Shown: positions 1 through 17,506 of the stretch, piece by piece
Numbering within the stretch: the first letter of the stretch is position 1
How the letters are laid out: every line of letters begins with the position of its first letter
Source of the DNA: the human T2T-CHM13v2.0 reference genome, Homo sapiens
Length of the DNA: 64,000 bases
Reading direction: 5' to 3' (one strand)
Assembly: GCF_009914755.1 (NCBI RefSeq)
Contig: NC_060927.1
Translations under genes and position numbers: made by a program
The notes under the pieces: model-generated
What the model saw: the letters and a program-made list of their open reading frames with translations, nothing else
What the model was told of the DNA's origin: nothing
Database searches by the model: none

Positions 1-462
1 AAATGCAAGAATAAAAACATCTGAAAAAGCAGGGCTGATGATAAAACTTTCTAAACTAGTATATTCTTTCAGTGTTTATAAATGTAATATTGCCCTTGGT
101 GAGTCACATCTCTCCCATTAATCCATCTCCCTAATGTTCTAGGAGGAGGGTGAAATTTTGTCCTTGTGTATATAAGACCTAAACTGTTACTGACCCCACC
201 TCCTAAGTACATTTCCCCAAATTTCAGATATTTCCAAAGTCCTTTCATGAAATGCAAATCTCTGAATGTTGGCCCTCACTGTCTGTTATTCTATTCACCA
301 CCTAATCCCAGAATTTTCGTCTGGGAAGTTAACAAATTCCTCAGCAACGTTGAAACATATTATTTCTATTAAGGTTTCAAGTGATTAGTCTTCTTCTGTA
401 AGTCAAACAGAGGATCAGTTAGTCTGGAGAAATGTTTTAATAAAAGTCCCATTCTAAATAGA

Positions 463-760
463 TTTTTTTTTTTTTTTTTGAGACAGAGTTTTGCTCTGTC
501 ACTCAGTGGCACGATCACGGCTCACCGCAGCCTCAAACTCCTAGGTTCAGCCAATCCTCCCATTTCAGCTTCCCAAGTAGCTGGAACCACAGATGCCTAC
601 CACTACGCCCAGTTAATTTTTTAAATTATTTGTAGAGATGGGGTCTCCCTGTGTTGCCCAGGCTGGTCTCAAACTCCTGAACTCCTGGGCTCAAACAGTC
701 CTCCCGCCTCGGCCTCCCAAAGTGCTGGGATTACAGGTGTGAGCCACTGCTCCCAGCCTG
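463..760 (-). mobile_element. Alu (old, J-like)
   Basis: Alu dimer preceded by poly-T. Confidence 0.9.
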
Positions 761-1595
761 GCTGTTTCACCTTCTTATCATTTGTGTGTTCACTGGAGTA
801 GCACTTTTAACTGCCTGCTTTCAATAATGGAAAAAACCGTAATGCTTTTATGACATAGTTGGTCATGATGAAGGAATAACTGGGAAGAGGGAGAAGCCCC
901 AAATTACCCTGTTTTTGTTAGTGGTTTTTTGTTTCTGTGGGAAGCTGGTTTTGGAATAAGAATTATATCTAATCTAATCTAACAGTTTAGCGAAATGGTA
1001 GCGAGGGGTGGTAGATACAGAGAATGACGTCAGCCATTCTTAGCAGGGAGGGAGTTAACGTCTGTGCTGTGGCTTGGAGGTGGCAGAGGAGAGTGCACAC
1101 TTCACTTGGAACTCGCTGCAGGAGACTGAGCCAGTTAGAGGCACCAAGGCATTCTGAGTCCCCAGGGATCCAGCAAATGGGAGACAAATGTCAGGGTGAC
1201 AAGGTAATCATTGGTATCAGGGTTATAATCTCCTAAAGGCCCAGGCACCCCTTGGTCCAGAAGGCATGGTGTCCCCAGGGACATTCCCAGGGGTTGGGGG
1301 AGGGTGGGCAAGAGTGTTTCCACTCAGCCTGTGGCTTTGAGAGCTGACAGCTGTGGGCAGGGCCTCTTGTGATGCCCTATACTCCCAGTCTGGTGGGGAA
1401 AAACTACTAACCTCTAGGGGCAGCACCCTGGGGTCAGCCCTGAGGGAACAGTATGTTATTAGCAGGAGGGGACTGGTACCCTAAGGTTCTCCGCACTAGG
1501 CAAGGAGCAAAGCATTTGGGGACAGCCATCTCCTCTTCTACCACACAGTTTAAATCACATTTTCCTCTTCTGGGGTATTTTGAAGCCTAGTGTGA

Positions 1596-1911
<316 letters not shown>

Positions 1912-3112
1912 TAGAAGTGCTTTTTTGAGACCCTCTGATGAAAGATGCAATAGACGTGCAAACATGACTAACAACGCTGTGAATATTTTAATGACAACAG
2001 CAGAAGAGCCCTGGCTACGCAGGGCTCAGATGCACATTTCACCTTCTAATATTCCTAAGAGGACTAGTTGAGGGTTAACAGTAAGTGTGCAGGAGTGAGA
2101 AGTTGATTGTGGAGGGGGAAAGGGGGGAAAGAGTTCAGCTAAATGAAAGACCACCCTACTCTGCTGTCCGGCAGCAGGTATGATGCCTGCCCACACTGAG
2201 GCGCAAGCCGGACACAGGCTTCCCCTCCAGCACCAGCTACACACGTGACAACTGATGGCAGCAGGTGGAGCAAGTCTGGACCCAGCCTTCATACAAGTGA
2301 GTTGTTCTAGGTGAGTTGTTCCAAGTGAGTTTTTCCAAGTTACCCAGCCTTCATGCAAGTGGGCGGGCCGCTGTCCCACCAGCACACAGCTCTAGCTACT
2401 GACGGAGGCTTCCCCCCACAGTCCGGCAGCAACACAGTCTGTTAAGTGGTTGACAGGTGCCTGGGTCACACCGGAGCAGGCTACAGCTGGGGAAGGGAGG
2501 GTAGGGAGGGGACAGGGTGATGCATATCCAGGCAGGATTTTTCACCATCCTGGGACCTGGGATTTTTCCTGGCAAGAGTAACCAGCTAGTCTGAATTTAA
2601 AGCAGTTTCTTAATTGCTCCCTAGCAAGAACCAGAGTTGGTAATAACTACCAGGGAAGTATAAATGATTTTCCAGGTACAATGCTAAAGGCAACCTCTAC
2701 ATTTTCTCCTTTAATCTCCAAAACAAGCCTGTGAGGTAGTGCTGCCACCTCAATTTTACAGATAAAGCTCGGAGAGGTTAAATGACTTGCCCAAGGCAAT
2801 ACAGCTAATAAGTGACAAAGCTAGGGCCTGAATGCAAGAATTTTAACCGCTGTATTTCAACTACAATGCTGTGTGTTCTCCCCTGTGATCAAAAAGCAAT
2901 CATTGGGGTGCTTAAATGTTGTTGTTCTCTTGGTTATTAAATACCTGAGCCATGCTGCTGTCAAAGAGAAGGTAGCAAGCTGCTTTTTTCCCAACTAATG
3001 ACTCTGTTTTGGTCCATGCCTCTAATGGGTCTTATCCAACAGAGAAGTACTTTTAAGTCAAGATGTGCACCAAAGTCTGTTTTCCCCACTCTGACCTGTA
3101 CTTTTTCTTGTC

Positions 3113-3412
3113 TTTTTTTTTTTTTTTGAGACAGGGTCTCACTCTGTCGTCCAGGCTGGAGTGCAGTGGCATGTGATCACAGAGCAATGTAACCTCAAAC
3201 TCCTGGGTTCAATCGATCCTCCCATCCCAGCCTCCCAAGTAGCTGGGACTACAGGGATGCACCACCATGCCTGGCTAATTTTTAAATGTTTTGTAGAGAC
3301 ATGGGGCAGGCGGCGTGGGGCTGGTCTCCAACTCTTGGCATCAAGTGACCCTCCAGACTCTGCCTCCCAAAGTGCTGGGATTATAGACTTGAGCCACTGC
3401 AGCCAGCCTGGC
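3113..3412 (-). mobile_element. Alu (J-like)
   Basis: Alu dimer. Confidence 0.85.
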
Positions 3413-3859
3413 CCACATATCTGGTGTCTGTTTGGGACTGTCTCCAGCCTCTCTCCACTTTCCGGCCTGTACTCCAGACTGTGGACATTATACAACTTGA
3501 AAAACTTAAGTTGGTTGAAAATCTCCAGCAGCTCCTCACTGCCTCCAGAATGAAGTCCTCTGGGACAAGAGAAGGCCTTTTATTGCTAGGCAGCTGCGTC
3601 CCTTGCTTGCCCTTCTCTGCCTAGTGGCCCAGGCCATCCACTCTGTGCCCCGAATACATTGCATGCCTTCATGCCTTACTGTTCTAGACCTTGCCAGTCC
3701 TTCTGCCTGCAGTGGCCTTGGACTCACCACCTTCTTTCTCCATCTGGCAAACAGCTATCCTCCAAAGCCCAGTTCAGACATCACTGCCTCTCCCTCTGCC
3801 TCCTGACCCAAAGCAGAATTTAGTACCTCACTCACCTCACCGCACATGGCACCTAGTAG

Positions 3860-4191
<332 letters not shown>

Positions 4192-4485
4192 CTATATTAC
4201 ATTTTTCTATGCAGCTGGATCCTGTTTCCCATTAGATAGGGCAAGAGCAGAAATCATTTCTTACCATCTCTGTTCCAGAGGCCCTAGTGTAGAGCAAATG
4301 CTCTGTAAGTGTCTGTAGCACAAACAGATGCATTCATGTGCAAAATAACTCTGCTCACACAGCACCAGAACTGGCAAAGATCCTAAAGAAAGAATTCTAC
4401 CAATATGTGGGTAATTGGGCTAGCTGGCTTCGAATTCCTTCAATACACATATCCCCAACACAGTCACTTAACAATGAAACAGTGA

Positions 4486-5322
<837 letters not shown>

Positions 5323-5800
5323 GACATGATTTATGTTTTACTTTTCCAATTATAGGCATCTTAAAGTACGGAGACCATCTTTTATATTTCTCTGTATTTT
5401 CCACAACATTTAGCATAGTCTTATGTATTCAGCAAGAACTCAATTCAACAAATATTTAACACTTCAATGAATACATAAAAATGCAAAGGGCTGCACATCT
5501 GTTAGTAAAAGTAACACAGAATCTAGACAAAAGTAAACTGAATGGTTTTTCTTCATAATGAAAAAAGTATTTCTAAAAAAAGCATTCAGCAGGCTCAGGC
5601 TTTTAACTCTTACCAACTTTTTCTGTAAAATTATGCTTTTCAAATTTACCAAAATGTTATATTAAATATTAATATATTTTAGCATGTAATAGATATATAA
5701 TACATATATTTTTATAAGCTTAGAAAGTACAATAAAGGCAGAGGCAATCTAGTTAGAAACTTTCCAATCACAAACACTAGAAACAATATCCGTGTCTTTA

Positions 5801-6154
<354 letters not shown>

Positions 6155-6339
6155 TAGTTGTTGAACTCCAGGGCACCTGTCTCTGAAACATATTACTGCT
6201 CATTTTCATCATAACAGCAACTGGAAAGTAATTCATTTAATTAAATGTCCTTTTCTCTTCCCCCCTTCCTAAAAGAGACTACCTTGTAAAAAATTTGAGG
6301 CAGAAACAAACATTGGCTTCCAATAAAAAATAATTCAAC

Positions 6340-6345
6340 TTTATT
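6340..6345 (-). terminator. MCCC1: MCCC1 polyadenylation signal AATAAA (3' UTR about 6315-6532)
   Basis: tttatt on + strand about 190 nt after the stop; U/GU-rich sequence downstream on the minus strand. Confidence 0.75.
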
Positions 6346-6532
6346 AGTATGAAATATTTTGAGATAATTAGTGACCCAAATGCATGATTCTCCAATATGA
6401 AAGGTGTTCAGCATAAGCATACAATCATTTAGTAAAACTGCTCTTTATGAGACCCCCAGAAAAGCTGGAGGCACTTCCTCTTTTTGGTGGAGAGAGAAGA
6501 CACTACTTAACTGGCCATTTCCTTGCTGGAGT

Positions 6533-6700
<168 letters not shown>

Positions 6701-6958
6701 CTAATGAGGACTGAGTATACACCAAGTCAAGAAAGGGAGACCAAAAATGAAAACTGTAGCCAACTTTGATGTTTTGTCATCTCTCGGTGCTTTCCAACGC
6801 TTTGTTGTTGTTGTTGTTTTTATTTTTAACATCACAGCACACAGGGAGAACAGCAACAAGTTGAGAGGAATGAACACTGGGACACAGCAGTAACCTTTCA
6901 ACGATATGACTGGGAAGCTCTGGTGTAGCTCGCAGTTCTCAACTTGAGCTTCACATGA

Positions 6959-7710
<752 letters not shown>

Positions 7711-7718
7711 TGACTGTA

Positions 7719-7858
7719 CACATGCTCCTTGACTTACGATGGGGTCAGGTCCAGATAAATCCAATGTAAGCTGAGGAGCATATTCAACGTGTATGGTTTT
7801 GCACCATTGTCAAGCTGAAAAATCCTTAATTGAACCATTGTAAGTTGAGGACTGTCTG
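7719..7858. mobile_element. MER47/Tigger5-like fragment nested in a MER5-type element (about 6930-7888)
   Basis: ATGCTCCTTGACTTACGATGGGG terminus; MER5-like flanks. Confidence 0.55.
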
Positions 7859-7998
7859 CAATATTCAGCCAGGGCTAAGAATCACTGACCTACCATTTGA
7901 ACCATCTAAAAACCTAAACAGCTAATTTAATTTGATTGCGGTTTTCACTTTGAAACTGATGCCTGGCATCCTTGGTTCGGCCTTAGAACCAAGATAAT

Positions 7999-8112
7999 AC
8001 CAACAGTTAACATTAGAAAATACCAACAGTTAACATTCCAGAAACACCAACAGTTAACATTCAGTTGGATTATCTTAGAAAATACCAACAGTTAACATTC
8101 AGTTGGATTATC
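7999..8112. repeat. Four copies of ACCAACAGTTAACATT with variable linkers, intron 18
   Basis: Copies start at 7999, 8022, 8046 and 8084. Confidence 0.9.
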
Positions 8113-8348
8113 GCCTGATTCCAAGCTATTGATAATTTCATTAATTTCAGAATCAGAAATGACAGGTGCAATTTCACAAAGTTAAAGTAAAACTCTTTTC
8201 TACAAGAAGGATAGTTTGGTTTTGTTTCCTACAATTAATGCTTCGTCAATCATGGCTTTTCATATTTAAGGTGGTATTAACTTACAAAATAAGGCAAAAG
8301 AACCATTAGGTATGATTGCTCCCAAAGTCCTCATAGCAAATGAACTCA

Positions 8349-8453
<105 letters not shown>

Positions 8454-8479
8454 TTAATATTTGAAAACACAGAGGTCCT

Positions 8480-8593
8480 AGATATGTTAATCTGCTTCAT
8501 TATAGTAACCATTTTACTGTCTATATATACTCATAACATCATGTTGCAAACCATGAATATAAACAATAAAACATAAATAAAAAGAAAAAAAAC
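8480..8593 (+). mobile_element. Short 5'-truncated old L1 (L1M-type) 3' end with A tail
   Basis: 14-bp TSD AACACAGAGGTCCT at 8466-8479 and 8594-8607; AATAAA and A-rich tail. Confidence 0.7.
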
Positions 8594-8676
8594 AACACAG
8601 AGGTCCTTTGTGGTCCATAGATTTGGTATATAAACTTACAGAGCAGAAGTAGAGCCCATGTGGTTGTGCCATCTGC

Positions 8677-10722
8677 CAAATGCACTGGTCAAATCAGAGG
8701 CCTACAGCCCAAATATACTGGTCAAATCTGAGACCTACAGCCCAAATGCACTGGTCAAATCAGAGGCCTACAGGTCAAATGCACTGGTCAAATCAGAGGC
8801 TTACAGCCCAAATGTACAGGTCAAATCTGAGACCTACAGCCCAAATGTACTGGTCAAATCAGAGGCCTACAGCCCAAATGTACTGGTCAAATCAGAGGCC
8901 TACAGCCCAAATGTACTGGTCAAATCAGAGGCCTACAGCCCAAATGTACTGGTCAAATCAGAGGCCTACAGACCAAATGCACTAGTCAAATCAGAGGCCT
9001 ACAGGTCAAATGCACTGGTCAAATCAGAGGCCTACAGCCCAAATGCACTGGTCAAATCAGAGGCCTACAGGTCAAATGTACTGGTCAAATCAGAGGCCTA
9101 CAGCCCAAATGTACTGGTCAAATCAGAGGCCTACAGGTCAAATGCACTGGTCAAATCAGAGGCCTACAGCCCAAATGCACTGGTCAAATCAGAGGCCTAC
9201 AGGTCAAATGCACTGGTCAAATCAGAGGCCTACAGCCCAAATGCACTGGTCAAATCAGAGGCCTACAGCCCAAATGTACTCGTCAAATAAGAGGCCTACA
9301 GGTCAAATGCACTGGTCAAATCAGAGGCCTACAGCCCAAATGCACTGGTCAAATCAGAGGCCTACAGCCCAAATGCACTGGTCAAATCAGAGGCCTACAG
9401 GTCAAATGCACTGGTCAAATCAGAGGCCTACAGCCCAAATGCACTGGTCAAATCAGAGGCCTACAGCCCAAATGTACTGGTCAAATCAGAGGCCTACAGC
9501 CCAAATGTACTGGTCAAATCAGAGGCCTACAGACCAAATGCACTAGTCAAATCAGAGGCCTACAGGTCAAATGCACTGGTCAAATCAGAGGCCTACAGCC
9601 CAAATGCACTGGTCAAATCAGAGGCCTACAGGTCAAATGTACTGGTCAAATCAGAGGCCTACAGCCCAAATGTACTGGTCAAATCAGAGGCCTACAGGTC
9701 AAATGCACTGGTCAAATCAGAGGCCTACAGCCCAAATGCACTGGTCAAATCAGAGGCCTACAGGTCAAATGCACTGGTCAAATCAGAGGCCTACAGCCCA
9801 AATGCACTGGTCAAATCAGAGGCCTACAGCCCAAATGTACTCGTCAAATAAGAGGCCTACAGGTCAAATGCACTGGTCAAATCAGAGGCCTACAGCCCAA
9901 ATGCACTGGTCAAATCAGAGGCCTACAGCCCAAATGCACTGGTCAAATCAGAGGCCTACAGGTCAAATGCACTGGTCAAATCAGAGGCCTACAGCCCAAA
10001 TGCACTGGTCAAATCAGAGGCCTACAGGTCAAATGTACTGGTCAAATCAGAGGCCTACAGCCCAAATGTACTGGTCAAATCAGAGGCCTACAGGTCAAAT
10101 GCACTGGTCAAATCAGAGGCCTACAGCCCAAATGCACTGGTCAAATCAGAGGCCTACAGGTCAAATGCACTGGTCAAATCAGAGGCCTACAGCCCAAATG
10201 CACTGGTCAAATCAGAGGCCTACAGCCCAAATGTACTCGTCAAATAAGAGGCCTACAGGTCAAATGCACTGGTCAAATCAGAGGCCTACAGCCCAAATGC
10301 ACTGGTCAAATCAGAGGCCTACAGCCCAAATGCACTGGTCAAATCGGAGGCCTACAGGTCAAATGCACTGGTCAAATCAGAGGCCTACAGCCCAAATGCA
10401 CTGGTCAAATCAGAGGCCTACAGCCCAAATGTACTGGTCAAATCAGAGGCCTACAGGTCAAATGTACTGGTCAAATCAGAGGCCTACAGCCCAAATGCAC
10501 TGGTCAAATCAGAGGCCTACAGGTCAAATGCACTGGTCAAATCAGAGGCCTACAGCCCAAATGCACTGGTCAAATCAGAGGCCTACAGGTCAAATGTACT
10601 GGTCAAATCAGAGGCCTACAGCCCAAATGTACTGGTCAAATCAGAGGCCTACAGGTCAAATGCACTGGTCAAATCAGAGGCCTACAGCCCAAATGCACTG
10701 GTCAAATGAGAGCCCTACAGGT
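8677..10722. repeat. 33-bp minisatellite/VNTR, 62 units, consensus CAAATG(C/T)ACTGGTCAAATCAGAGGCCTACAG(CC/GT), intron 17
   Basis: Read directly: 2046 bp = 62 x 33 with phase kept throughout. Confidence 0.98.
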
Positions 10723-11477
10723 CAATCTGGCATTGCTGGCACTGTCGTCCATGGGTAGCACTGCTTAGTCCCCTGTCCCCACCCACAAAACCACTTAGTT
10801 TTACTTGAATCACATGAATATACTCCATGTATTTTGAAATCCTTTCATTTTTTTCAAGAATGTAGAAACAAGACACATTGCCAGTAGGGAAGGACTAATA
10901 TACTTAAATGTCTTCCCCAGAGAGGGAAGAGGGATGAGGGTCTTGACTGGTTTTCTTGTTTTGGGGTTGTCTAGGGCTAAGTATAGTAAGTGTGTTTGAA
11001 GTCTTCGGAGCCCTGTGTAGTAAATGTGAAGACAATCTTCATGCAACAGAATCAAACTTATTAGCAACCCCAGAAAGAGATTTCTATTTTCTTTTGTATA
11101 CATATAAATGGACTCATAGATCCTATATGGTCTCACTTTCGTTTTGGTTAACATGGCTACTAAGTGGGAGACTAACAGAGTTGTGCAGAGATGCCTGCAC
11201 TATGAGAGGCCTGTGGGAACTGAAATCAAATGAGCTAAAGGCAGATCCAGGTCTCCTAGCTCATACCCACTTGGGGTAAATATTTCCAAACGAGAATAGT
11301 GGCTGAAATCACCCACACTATTTAAGTAGTTATTTTCTTCTTCTTCTTTTTTTGTTCCAAGCATATACAGTTGAGTTTTTATGATTTAAGTGTATTTGAG
11401 GAGACTCTACTGTATTCAAGTATATAAAAGGAGACTACGGATACTGATCTATCACCATTTGATGTTATATCAGTATG

Positions 11478-11843
11478 TGCTAGGGTCTAAATGTCTATAT
11501 CCCTCCAGAATTCATTTGTTAAAATCCTGACCTCCAGGATGATGGTATTTGGAGGTGGGGCCTTTAGCAGGTGATTAGGTCATGAGGGATCTGGCCTCAT
11601 GAATGAGATTAGTGCCCTTATGAAAGAGGCCTGAAGAGAGGTCCCTTGTCCCTTCCACCACGTGAGGACACAGAGAAAAAATGGCTGTTTATGAAATCGG
11701 TAAGTAGACTCTCACCAGACACTTAATCTGCTGGTGATTTGATGGATTTCCCAGCCTCTAGAATCGTGAGAAATAAATTTCTATTGTTTAAAAGCCACCC
11801 AGTCTATGGTATTCTGTTCTAGCAGCCTGAACTGACTCAGACA
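11478..11843. mobile_element. MLT1A/MST (MaLR) solo LTR
   Basis: MaLR consensus motifs; 5-bp TSD GTATG at 11473-11477 and 11844-11848. Confidence 0.8.
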
Positions 11844-12304
11844 GTATGGACTGCAACTGTGAATTATATACTGCATTCAACACCAAACCGTACTGTTCTT
11901 CACCGATACCAGCCTTTTACATTAACGCAGATGCAACTACGTACACTAAAAGAAAATGTCATTATTTCATGAAAAATTTGCTGCTATTAAATTTAACATT
12001 CAAAACCAGCTTTTTTGAATAATGCTTAATGAATGCTCAGTTTTAATCATAAAAAGACAATTTAGATTATTTGTACTTTGATGCAAATGCCTGCCTTCAA
12101 AAACAGCAGTCTTTTTCATAAATTAGGTAAATGGGTATTTTCAGTGAGGACTGTAATAAACAATTTGAATCTGTAATAGATCCTCTTGTTTTTGTGAAGT
12201 GGATGCTTTCCAATGAGCAAGGTTTAGAAAGGGAAAAGGACATAAATGACAAGTTTAACAAAGCCACGTATTAAAACTTACTGAACATCATTCTACAGAT
12301 GTCA

Positions 12305-12421
<117 letters not shown>

Positions 12422-12532
12422 CTAGAAACAGAAAACAAACTGAAAACCGAATCAACATCCTATCACTATATTTTTACTAATATACCTGAGGTAATAATTG
12501 TTTCCCAGCAATTTGTTAAATATTAGTCATCA

Positions 12533-13700
<1,168 letters not shown>

Positions 13701-14600
13701 TTATTATTACTGTTACTGCTGTTATTATTAAACTGTTTATAGATAGGAGAGCTAAAGCCCAGAGAGTTTAACGGCCAAGGTCACATGGCTGTTAAGTGGC
13801 AAGGCAGAATTTGAACCAAAGCAGCTTCACATTTTAGAACTTGAGTTTTTCACCATTCCATTATACGGCCTCTATCATCATATTACTGTAGCGTAATTGG
13901 CTATGGAAAGGAATGCCTGGCAAAGTGGGATCATCCTCAACTCCATATATAGTAGTTTAATTACTAGACTACTAAAGGAATCTCATCACAAAGCACTGTG
14001 AGGCCACAGCATATATGATAATGCATTATCCTCTTTCTGCCCAGGCCGAAGGTTAAGGACTCACTGGGCAGCAGGCTTCTAACCAAAACCATGCAAAGCC
14101 TGCCTCGGCTATCCTTTGACTGTCAAGAGACCAGCAGTAATGCCATCCACCTTCCTACTGTCCACCTTCCCCACAAGGAACAACTGGTCCACAGACTCCT
14201 CTCTCAGTGGTCACCTCCTCCAAAATCACCAGGATTCCAGTTGTCAGGGGGATGGTGGGTGGGGAAAAGTGTTCAGACATCAAAGCCCTGAGATACCACC
14301 ACCCACTGAGCAGGGAGATATGCTCTGACAAAGAAAATGGAAGGATTTGTTTCAGAATTCAGGAAGAAAATGGGTATGTGTCTATCAATGAGCATCTGTG
14401 TGAACGAGAGAAGTGAATGGGAAACTACAGAGGGCAGGAATTTGGCAAAGAAACACAGAATGGTGGGGGAAACTGAGGGAAAAAGGTCACAGCAGTGGTC
14501 ACAGGAAGCTGGATCTTTCTAATCTCTTTCAGTGGAATGTCTCTGGTCAAACAGTTTTCTCCCATGCCCCAGGAGGGATATTATAAAGAAGAGACATTAC

Positions 14601-14738
14601 CTTGGAAAATAGGTAAATAGTGTTTTCCAGGATAATCAGCTTCGCTTTACTAGCAACTCCATTAACAGAACATTTCAGGTAAGTGCAGTCTCCCTCGCTG
14701 TAAAGATTACCAAGGACTTGGAAAGTTTTATCTTCAAT
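14601..14738 (-). CDS. MCCC1: MCCC1 exon 16 (138 bp) [46 protein letters not shown]
   Basis: tttcag| acceptor, AAG|gtaatg donor; inside ORF 14547..14783. Confidence 0.96.
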
Positions 14739-16148
14739 CTGAAAAAAATGAAAAATAAGATTTTTAAAATAAATGAACAACACTACAGAATTAATAAGAT
14801 CAGAATCAATTCTTCACTATTGGTAGTTTTAAAACATAAAATGTGTCTTAAACATATATAACATATATTTTTTAAAAAGTCATGGAACTTTTCCCCTATT
14901 CCTAACCAAGATACTTTACATAGAAATGACAGGAAGATAATTAAAAGGGAAAAAAAAGTTATATAACTTATCCATAGCACCATAATGCTATAGATAAAGG
15001 TTCACGTAAACATATAAAGATAGCATTAAAAATATGAAACAAAAATACAAACCAAGTTATGCAAAATTATTAAAATTCATTTGCATATATTACATGTTTG
15101 TAATATAAACTTATTTCTGAGTATTTGAAGTCAAATTTAGTTTTCCTGTGCCAAAGTCAGTCACCAAAAAAATGCCAGAATCACATAATTAGATGATATT
15201 CTTTTATCTTATCAACACGTAGGCCCAATCATGGGTTTCAGTTATGATTTAAGAACATAAATTAGCTGGAGATTGGCCATAATTTTCTCACTCTCAGAGA
15301 CCATATGCCAAAGAACAAAGTTCACAATGTTTCAAGGAAGCTGATAAAAGGACATGGAACCTGTTTTAAAATTTCCCTGAGGTAAAAAATCCATTTACAT
15401 CTTCTCTCTCTAGTCTTCATTTCAATTCCCACAATGCTAGTGTAGAAGTCACATGGCTATTCTTTTCAAATATATTACGTACACTAAGGTGAAATAGGTC
15501 ACACTGCAATATTTACACATTGGTTCTCATCTATCCTAAGTTAAATATGACATTTTACTATGCTTTGTAACCTACTAAAACAGCCATTTGAATGTTTGTG
15601 GAACTCTTAGGACATAAAGGTTAGATTGAAAACAGTTTTGTTTAAAGATTCACGAAAACACATTTTAAAATTGTGAATGTAGTTCCATGAGCAGATTAGA
15701 ACAAATTGGCAATCTACTTTACCAGCTAACAGGGACAAGAAATAATCTCAAACCAGAGGCATTAATATGAATTATAACCCTCATACCCAAGTAGGCAGAC
15801 TTTCCATGGTTTTTCTGAATCTCACAGAAAGAAAATCAATGTGTCTCAAAGTGTTGGGAGGTCTAATACATACCACTGATAAATCTGTTCTGCAGGATTT
15901 GACATCTCTTAGCTCATATTAAAAATGATTTATTCTATTCCCTGAAGTTGTACCTTACTATAGGAATTTGATTGAATTCCCACTTTTTTTTTTAAACCAT
16001 TTAAGCATTCCATTTTGCCAATGTAATGGTCTTCTTCTAATTGAGGATTACCATGAACTTTACACTAGAGGTTCTCAAAATATGACCTATGTGTTCCTTG
16101 GGGTCCCTAATACCCTTTTAGGGCATCCACAAAGTCATAATAAGACTA

Positions 16149-16466
<318 letters not shown>

Positions 16467-16614
16467 TTATTTGTTTTTTATACTCTCATTCTCTCATAAG
16501 TACACAGTGGAATTTTCCAGAGGCTACTGAACGTGTGATAATGTTATCACTCTGATGGCTAATGGAATGTGTACTTGTGATTAGGTTTTACAATTTTTTC
16601 AATTTATCCTATAA

Positions 16615-17506
16615 CTTAACAACAACAACAAAACAATTAAATTAAGAAATTGGCAGAGGACTCGAATAGAGATTTTTCTAACAAGATATACAAATGGCCA
16701 ATAAGTAAAGATGCTCAACATCATTAGTCATTATGGAAATGCAAGTCAAAGTCACAGTGAGATACTACTACCTCACACTCATTAGTATTGCTATTATAAA
16801 ACAAAAAAAAAAACAAAACCCCAGAAAATAATAAGTAGTGGCAAGGAAGTGAAGAGATTGGAGCCATTGTGCACTGTTGATGGGACTGTAAACTGCTACA
16901 GCTGCAATGGAAAACAGTATGGCGGTTTTTCAAAGAATCAGAATCACTATATGATCTAGCAATTCCACTGCTGGATATATATCCAAAGGACAAAAAACAG
17001 GGTCTTAAAGAAGTATTTGTACACCCCTGTTCATAGCAGCATTATTCACAATAGCCAAAAGCTAGAAACAACCCGAATGTTCATTAATGGCTGAATGGAT
17101 AAAGAATATGTGGTATATACATACAACAGAGTATTTTTCACCCTTAAAAAAAAAAAAAAAGGAAATTCTCACATATGCTACACCATGGAAGAACCTTGAA
17201 GACACTGTGCCAAGTGAAATAAGCCAATTACAGAAGGACAAATACTACATTATTCTGCTTATATCAGGTACCTAGAGTAGTCAAATTCATAGAGACAGAG
17301 AGTAGAATCGTGGTTCTCAGGGGATGGGGGAAGAAGGAACGGAGTGTTAACTGTTTAATCAGTGAGTACGGAATTTTAGTTCCACAAGAAGAAAGAAGTT
17401 CTGGAGATGGATGGTTGTGATGGTTACATATCAACTTGAATGCACTGAATGCAAATGGTTAAAATGGTAAATTCTACATTATGTGTATTTCACCACAATT
17501 AAAAAA
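16615..17506 (+). mobile_element. L1MB-type 3' fragment
   Basis: ORF2 C-terminal remnant (EWIKNMWYIHTTEY) and L1MB-like 3' UTR. Confidence 0.8.

Noticed and set aside
8677-10722. CRISPR-like array or repeat-protein gene
   Set aside because: No unique spacers and a eukaryotic intronic context; the long ORFs follow from a 33-bp unit, so it is not called CDS or CRISPR.
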